Both the position numbers and the translations under genes were made by a program. The notes beneath the pieces were generated by a model. The model did not search any database. It was not told where the DNA came from and worked only from the letters and a program-made list of their open reading frames with translations. This document shows positions 58,429-64,000 of a DNA stretch of 64,000 bases, in pieces. The stretch lies in assembly GCA_963733055.1 (NCBI GenBank), contig CAVTBR010000002.1:1-64000 (forward strand). Direction: 5' to 3'. The first letter of the stretch is position 1. Every line of letters begins with the position of its first letter. This stretch comes from Candidatus Bathyarchaeota archaeon. Lineage in GTDB: Archaea > Thermoproteota > Bathyarchaeia > 40CM-2-53-6.

Positions 58429-60816
58429 TTAGTCTACTAGAATTTCTTTCTCCGCAGTCTTCTTTTTGATCGCTTTCAGAATCCGTTCGCCAGTCACAGG
58501 GAGCGACCGAAATCTAATGCCCGTCGAGTTGTAGATTGCGCTGGTTACTGCAGGTGCCGTTGGTGTGATTGGAGCTTCTCCGCATCCCTTGGCGCCAAAG
58601 GGGCCTTCTTCGAAGTGGTTTTCGAGAATTATCGATTGGATTGGCACGTAGTCCATGGAGGTCCAGATTTTGTAGTCTTTGAGGTCGCCGTTGATCACGA
58701 GCCCGTCTTGGATGATGAGTTCCTCTGGAATTGTGGTGCTGACGCCCATGATGATGCCGCCCTCGTTTTGGCCGGAGACGTTCATGGGGTTAATGACCTG
58801 GCCCACATCCAATACACCGATAATATTGAGTAGCTTGATTTGCCCGGTTTCTTTGTTGACGGCAAGGTCGACGACCTGTACGGCTGGTGTGTAGTAGGCG
58901 ACGGCTCGATCGGTGGAACACTGCCCAGTCTCGGGATCGATCTCGCCAGTTTCAGGATACCAAACCGCCCTTGATGCGAACTCTCCGATTCCTTCCACAA
59001 AACCGCCGCCCATGGGGCCAGGCCTGAACAAGTCCTGTACCCTGACCTCTTTGTCAGGTGATGCTTTGCTGTACACCTTACCGTCTGCTAGCTCCAAATT
59101 GTCGACGGGAGAGTTCAGTTTGCGGGACGCGACGTTGAAAATCTGCGCCTTGACTTCCCGACACGCGAGACTAACCGCCTTTCCGAGTTGTGATGTCTGT
59201 CTGCTGCCACTAGCCCCTGGCCCTACGGGGGCGTTTGAGGAATCGGATTCTCGGATGACGATGTTTTCCATGGGGAGCTTGAATTCTTCCGCGGCGATCT
59301 GTGCCAATCCCGTTATGATCCCCTCTCCGGGGTCGGCTACGACTGTGGATATTTCTACTGTGTTGTCTTCGTGGTATTTTGCGTAGGCCATGCTGGGGAA
59401 GCTTATGTCACACATTTCCTGAGCCACAGCGATGCCGCGCCCGAACGCCCAGTTGTTTTCGAGTTTTGGAATTGGAATCTTCTTCGCTTCCTGTTGTGCG
59501 TTTTCTATGCATTCCTGCAGGGTGAATTTCCGCATTCTTTCGCCCATCGCGTTTTTTGCGTCGGTTTTCAACATATTCCCGAGTCGAAGCTCGATTGGGT
59601 CGATCTTGAGTTTGGAGGCGATTATGTCCATTTGAGATTCTATGGCGAAGTGTGTTTGCGGTGTGCCGAAACCTCTGAAAGCACCCCCCTGAACTTGGTT
59701 GGTATAGACTCGGAAAACGTCTAGCTTGAAGTTTGGAATATCGTAGACGCAGACAGATGCGTAGACGCAGTCTCGGACGGCTACGTTGCCGGCGAGTGAG
59801 TATGCGCCTCCATTGTAAATGGCCTCAATCTCCCTCGCTACGATACGCCCATCTGATTTCACACCGTCCTTGATCCTGATGACCGACGGATGCCTAATCG
59901 ATGTGGCTTCGAACACTTCTTCCCGAGTGAAGATGACTTTGACTGGCCTACGAGTTTTCAGGGTTAAACAGGCGCATATGAGCTCCGAGTGAGTCTGGCC
60001 TTTGTTTCCGAACCCTCCGCCCACATACGCTGGGACGATTACTCGGATTCTAGATTGGGGTATCCCTAGGCCGTCGCTAAGCTCCTTCCGGGCGCGGTAA
60101 ACGTTCTGCCCCGCTGTCCATACAACCAGCGTCCCATCTGGTTCGGCTGAGGCGATGGTAGCGATTGGTTCAATGTGCATGTGCTGTACAGCGTGAGTTC
60201 GAAACGTATTCTCCACAATGAGATCGGCTTCTTTGAAACCCTGATCAACGTCCCCCTGCCTCACCTTGAATCGATTGCTCACGTTTGGTCTAGTAGGATC
60301 GAGTGCAGCGCGGTAAATTTGGGATTGAAAACGTTTGTAGTTAGGAAGGTCGGGATGAATTATTACGGACGGGTTTTCCTTCACCGCCTCAACTGGGTCA
60401 AAGATTGGGTCCAATTCTTTGTATCTTACTTCGATTAACTCGGCGGCTTCTCTAGCCAGTTCCCGTGTCTCCGCGGCAACGGCTGCGATTGGTTCCCCAA
60501 CGTATCGGACTCTGCCCTGGGCAAGTGTGGGCGTATCATAGAGGCCCCGCCCTCTTCGCCCGGTGGGGACATCTTCGCTAGTGATTACTGCGAGAACACC
60601 CGGTAGAGCCTTAGCTCGGGATTTGTCGATGGATATGATTTCTGCGTGAGGAAGATTGCTGCGTTTAATCGCGCCGTGCAACATTCGCGGTAATTCCATG
60701 TCGTAAACGTAAATGGCGCTCCCTGTGACTACCTCCTCAGCCCCTAAGCGGGGTAGCGGTTTTCCGATCGCCCTGTACTTGTCTGAAGGCTCTTCGTTCG
60801 CCATTGTAAACTGCAA
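58429..60816 (-). CDS. Xanthine dehydrogenase-family molybdopterin-binding large subunit
   Basis: VGGGFGNK, AFRGFG, GSR, GQNEGG and GAKGCGE motifs; lacks the AYXCSFR loop of form I CO dehydrogenase. Confidence 0.95.
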   Translation of the reverse strand: MQFTMANEEPSDKYRAIGKPLPRLGAEEVVTGSAIYVYDMELPRMLHGAIKRSNLPHAEIISIDKSRAKALPGVLAVITSEDVPTGRRGRGLYDTPTLAQGRVRYVGEPIAAVAAETRELAREAAELIEVRYKELDPIFDPVEAVKENPSVIIHPDLPNYKRFQSQIYRAALDPTRPNVSNRFKVRQGDVDQGFKEADLIVENTFRTHAVQHMHIEPIATIASAEPDGTLVVWTAGQNVYRARKELSDGLGIPQSRIRVIVPAYVGGGFGNKGQTHSELICACLTLKTRRPVKVIFTREEVFEATSIRHPSVIRIKDGVKSDGRIVAREIEAIYNGGAYSLAGNVAVRDCVYASVCVYDIPNFKLDVFRVYTNQVQGGAFRGFGTPQTHFAIESQMDIIASKLKIDPIELRLGNMLKTDAKNAMGERMRKFTLQECIENAQQEAKKIPIPKLENNWAFGRGIAVAQEMCDISFPSMAYAKYHEDNTVEISTVVADPGEGIITGLAQIAAEEFKLPMENIVIRESDSSNAPVGPGASGSRQTSQLGKAVSLACREVKAQIFNVASRKLNSPVDNLELADGKVYSKASPDKEVRVQDLFRPGPMGGGFVEGIGEFASRAVWYPETGEIDPETGQCSTDRAVAYYTPAVQVVDLAVNKETGQIKLLNIIGVLDVGQVINPMNVSGQNEGGIIMGVSTTIPEELIIQDGLVINGDLKDYKIWTSMDYVPIQSIILENHFEEGPFGAKGCGEAPITPTAPAVTSAIYNSTGIRFRSLPVTGERILKAIKKKTAEKEILVD

Positions 60817-60881
60817 GGGTTGGCGAGATTCGTCTTTAATCTTTATCTACGCGCTAGCGAGCCAAAGACCCTTGGTACTAA

Positions 60882-61280
60882 ATGACCGGAAAGTGCGGTC
60901 GATCAATTCAAGCCTTATCAAAATTCATCGGACCATCGAACGAGACCAAGGCAATTCTCGACGATTGGAATTCAGTCATCCAATTCGACTTGATCGAAGA
61001 AGACCCATTCTATCTCCAAATATCAAACGCTGCCGCAACCTTCCACAACGGCAAGAACGAGAACCCGGATGTTGTATTATCGGGCCGATCAGACGCGTTC
61101 TTCGACGTCATAACCGGAAGACTCGACCCAGATGAAGCATACGTTATGAAGAAGTACGACGTGAAAGGATCGGTCGTTGATGCGATGAAGTTCCGACGAA
61201 TCAGCGAACTAACCGAGGCTAAACACAAGACCGCATTCTCACTGTTGAAGACGGTCGGAAAAATCGCGGTCAGAAAGTAA
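60882..61280 (+). CDS. SCP2 sterol-carrier-domain protein, copy 2
   Basis: WNSVIQFDL..EDPFY...PDV...TGRLDP.EAY...VKGSV.DA; paralog of 38890-39291. Confidence 0.75.
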   Translation: MTGKCGRSIQALSKFIGPSNETKAILDDWNSVIQFDLIEEDPFYLQISNAAATFHNGKNENPDVVLSGRSDAFFDVITGRLDPDEAYVMKKYDVKGSVVDAMKFRRISELTEAKHKTAFSLLKTVGKIAVRK

Positions 61281-61305
61281 AATCGAACTTCCTCAAACAT
61301 GACCC

Positions 61306-61470
61306 CTCGAGAAAGCCGCCACTCCGATTCTTTCACGTATGCACATTCTCTATAATTACATCGGCCGCATCTGGCCTCAGAAGAAGGACACCCGCAGAAG
61401 CGGCAGGAATCAAGTTTCAGGGCCACAACAAGTGGTTGCCTCTGAATCAGAACGCCAACGCAAAGAAAGG
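61306..61470 (+). pseudogene. 3'-end remnant of the IS6-like transposase
   Basis: Manual translation with two indels: LEKAATPILSRMHILYNYI/RPHLASE/RTPAEAAGIKFQGHNKWLPLNQNA. Confidence 0.85.
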
Positions 61471-61567
61471 GTTTGAGGAACAGCGTTGTTCCGACCTAAC
61501 CGCTGTTACGGATTTCTAGTGAACTCTTATTAGGATTAGAAACCGTTGGTTGCACGTGGGCTAATTC

Positions 61568-62371
61568 ATGGGTCGCGGCCCAGTTGGGGTCATCTTAGTT
61601 GTATTCGTGTTCGTGTCTCTTCTTCTCTATCAAGCTCATCCCGTTCACGCCTCAGGTTTCGTTCAGGAGAAGGAGGGTACCTCATTTACGTTCGGTGTTT
61701 CTGTGCCTGTAATGATTTCTTTCTCATCGTCTGTTACTAAGGGAGATGTGGTGGTTGTGGCTCTTGAATGGGATAACAGTCGTCCTCTGCTTTCAGTTAG
61801 TGATTCGTTAGGTTCCGCCTTTGCTTCCACCTCGGAAGCTCACAATACTGCGCTTCGCCATTCTACTCAAGTCTATTATGCGACACTTACTTCTGGCGGG
61901 TCGGATACGGTGACGGTGACTGAGGGAACAGGTCTGCTTCAGTATAATGACATATTCATCTTTGAGGTTTCAGGGGTGATGACGGCGGGAGCCGCATCAG
62001 GTCAAGGTCAGGATTCTTCTGGCACTAGTTTTGCGTTTGCCACGAGTCCAGTCGCGTTCCAGAGCGGAGCGTTTCTGGTTGGAGTGGTCACGAGCGGGTG
62101 TACTTGCAGTATTGTGAATGGACCGAGTTTCACTTTGATTACTGCTGGTCAGGGTGGAGCAGTGGAGTATGCGGACCCCGTTTCTTCACCCACTACATTC
62201 CCAATGACAACTACCATTGATAATGGAGATTGGGTGGAAAGCGGGTTAGCTCTTCAACCAGCACCAGCACCACCGATTCCAGAATATCCGTTCGGCCTCG
62301 CGATGCTAGCAATCCTAATGATAATCATGTACGGGCTAATCAAACGCACAACCGCAAAGAAGCCCAACTAG
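61568..62371 (+). CDS. Surface protein with PEF-CTERM-like sorting signal
   Basis: Signal peptide, S/T/G-rich beta domain, C-terminal IPEYPFG, TM helix and basic tail. Confidence 0.8.
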   Translation: MGRGPVGVILVVFVFVSLLLYQAHPVHASGFVQEKEGTSFTFGVSVPVMISFSSSVTKGDVVVVALEWDNSRPLLSVSDSLGSAFASTSEAHNTALRHSTQVYYATLTSGGSDTVTVTEGTGLLQYNDIFIFEVSGVMTAGAASGQGQDSSGTSFAFATSPVAFQSGAFLVGVVTSGCTCSIVNGPSFTLITAGQGGAVEYADPVSSPTTFPMTTTIDNGDWVESGLALQPAPAPPIPEYPFGLAMLAILMIIMYGLIKRTTAKKPN

Positions 62372-62413
62372 ATCGCATCGACCGAGAGTAACGCCCGATT
62401 TCCTTTTTCAAAT

Positions 62414-62560
62414 ATGCAAATCTTCCACAACTACGTACGACTACACCAAGCATTAAACGGTAAAAGCCCGGCTGAGGTCGTGGGAAACGGGATTCGAGGT
62501 GAGAATGAATGGTTGACTCTGATTCAGAACGCCAGCAAAAGGCGTGAAGAGAAAGCATAA
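62414..62560 (+). pseudogene. 3'-end remnant of the IS6-like transposase
   Basis: MQIFHNYVRLHQALNGKSPAEVVGNGIRGENEWLTLIQNASKRREEKA*. Confidence 0.9.
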
Positions 62561-62594
62561 GAATCAACCCAAGGGTTGTCCACCTTTGGGCCTG

Positions 62595-63248
62595 GTGGGT
62601 TTGGCTTCAAGGCGACTGACCGCGTTATTGTTAGCTCTTGTCGCATTCGCCCTTTTCATTAATGTGCCTCTTCCTACTTTCGCAATTGCGTTGAGCCCAA
62701 ATCAGTCCTGCACCGTCACTCTGTCAACATCTGGGGATATAACGGTCGTAGCAGGTTCATCTGGTTCCAATACCATAACCATAACTCTCTCCCAAGGTTC
62801 CTGTGGTGGCCCTCTTGACTTAGCAGGGTGCACCCCGCCGCCGCCGAGCGGAGCGTCATGTGGTTTCGTTCCATCCTCTGGGAACCCTACCTTTTCGACC
62901 ATCCTCACCATAAGCACTTCACCCTCAACTCCACCGGGAACTTACTCTCTTGACATTTCACTCAGTGTCGCTCAGTGCAATTGTGAGCTTACCCAGTTAG
63001 ATGGTACTAATGCTCCATTCAATCTAATCGTCCAACCAGCTACTACTGCGACAACTACTATCCCCGAATATCCACTCGGCCTGCCAATTCTCGCAATCTT
63101 CATGATACTCGGATATGCCGTAATCAAACGCAGAACACATCTTGGTAATGTGAAGGCGTTGAAAGGAAAACACAGGGGACTCCTGAAGGAACCGTGGTCA
63201 AAACTTGAGGAGAAAGCAGACCGCTACGTCCGAGAAGGAAAGCGCTGA
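62595..63248 (+). CDS. Surface protein with PEF-CTERM-like signal and an extended, antitoxin-like cytoplasmic tail
   Basis: Signal peptide; STILTISTSPSTPPGTY repeat-type domain; IPEYPLG, TM helix and KRR, then about 35 extra aa overlapping the PIN gene. Start approximate. Confidence 0.75.
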   Translation: MGLASRRLTALLLALVAFALFINVPLPTFAIALSPNQSCTVTLSTSGDITVVAGSSGSNTITITLSQGSCGGPLDLAGCTPPPPSGASCGFVPSSGNPTFSTILTISTSPSTPPGTYSLDISLSVAQCNCELTQLDGTNAPFNLIVQPATTATTTIPEYPLGLPILAIFMILGYAVIKRRTHLGNVKALKGKHRGLLKEPWSKLEEKADRYVREGKR

Positions 63249-63688
63249 AACAATACCCAACAGAGCGCTGATAGACGCTGATGTATTCATTTCATACCTC
63301 ACCTCCGATAAACTGTCCGACCATGCGGAACGGCTTGTGGACAAAGCGGACGCGTCACAGGTGAAACTCTACGCCGCTTCGGAGATGTATGACGGATATC
63401 ATCACCGCTTTGCGTACGCAAGACGTGAAATTAGAGAAGGCGATTCAAGTTCTAGCGGATATCCGTAGGATACCACATGAAACCCTGCCCACCACTCCAG
63501 AAATTGTGGAGCAAGCGATGTCGCTATACTCAAAATTCGGGGGCCCGAAGAGACTGCATTACTTTGATGCATTTCATGTAACAACCGCGAAGAACTTTGA
63601 ACTTCCCCTAATCACGAGCGATAGGTTCATCCTACAAAACTCCCGCAGCCTCGAGATTTCAGCTATCGACCTTCGCAAGCTTAATTGA
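63205..63688 (+). CDS. vapC: PIN-domain (VapC-like) toxin, frameshift near 63393
   Basis: ALIDADVFISYL...EMYD-DIITALR...LHYFDAFH...LITSD; one extra G separates ORFs 63205 and 63389. Confidence 0.85.
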
Positions 63689-63730
63689 ACTCTAAGAAAG
63701 ATAACGTTACTTCCTACTTCTACTTCTAAT

Positions 63731-63826
63731 TCACCGAGTGAAGCTGCGGGTATCAAAGTTGAGGGAGACAACAACTGGCTTACCTTGATTCAGAATGCAA
63801 GTCGAAAAGACGGAAATAGCAACTAG
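63731..63826 (+). pseudogene. 3'-end remnant of the IS6-like transposase
   Basis: SPSEAAGIKVEGDNNWLTLIQNASRKDGNSN*. Confidence 0.9.
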
Positions 63827-63897
63827 CTAGTTTCGATTCGTGAAAACAAGGGGAACCCGTAAGACCGGAATGCAGCATATTGGATGGTAGGTGGAAT

Positions 63898-64000
63898 ATG
63901 ATGACAGAAGTGGGCGGTGTGGACAAGTGGCGTTCGACATACGCCAAGCTCGTAGTGCTTGAGTTTGTCCTGAGCGTGATTTTTATTCCACTCGGACACA
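63898..64000 (+). CDS. Partial membrane protein (runs off window end)
   Basis: MMTEVGGVDKWRSTYAKLVVLEFVLSVIFIPLGH..., hydrophobic helix; too short to classify. Confidence 0.4.
   Translation, partial: MMTEVGGVDKWRSTYAKLVVLEFVLSVIFIPLGH

Noticed and set aside
57071-60816. Aerobic form I CO dehydrogenase
   Set aside because: The active-site loop is AFRGFG, not AYXCSFR; only a generic XDH-family call is supported.
1-64000. CRISPR array, rRNA or tRNA genes
   Set aside because: No regularly spaced 25-40 bp direct repeats and no recognisable rRNA or tRNA sequence were seen by eye; a tRNAscan/Infernal run would be needed to exclude small RNAs.

Overview
Archaeal chromosomal DNA. TATA-box promoters, frequent TTG/GTG starts, PEF-CTERM and CFI-box-CTERM sorting signals, WtpABC, AOR and RAD55-like genes resemble Bathyarchaeia, but that taxonomy is an inference. 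Main contents: (i) 1-6.9 kb, a redox cluster with three Rieske proteins, two DoxD/DoxX proteins arranged as a convergent DoxD-Rieske duplication, a wHTH regulator and a C2H2 zinc-finger protein. Three of its promoters share a palindrome, TTCGGTG-N2-CACCGAA, lying exactly 12 bp upstream of a TATA box. (ii) 7-21 kb, a SIS protein, surface proteins, an aminotransferase/APC permease/metallophosphoesterase module, MMSDH, a PfkB kinase and a nucleotidyltransferase-like gene. (iii) 21-28 kb, two MoeA genes, a tungstate/molybdate ABC transporter and ModE. (iv) 29-61 kb, a large uptake and catabolic region: Opp ABC, APC permeases, aminotransferases, LLM oxidoreductase, AOR, xanthine-dehydrogenase-family enzyme, ALDH and SCP2 proteins. 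(v) A family of cargo-carrying mobile elements built on a SWIM-finger IS6-like DDE transposase. One complete 3.7-kb element (46355-50046) has 52-bp inverted repeats and the same palindromic core, TACCC-ATCTGA-GGGTAAC, at both junctions. At least four 3'-end transposase stubs each precede a different cargo gene, three of them in tandem at 61.3-63.8 kb. Seven small-insertion frameshifts and one in-frame TAG are present, most likely sequencing errors. No rRNA, tRNA or CRISPR array was recognised. All family calls come from motif recognition by eye; no database search was run.
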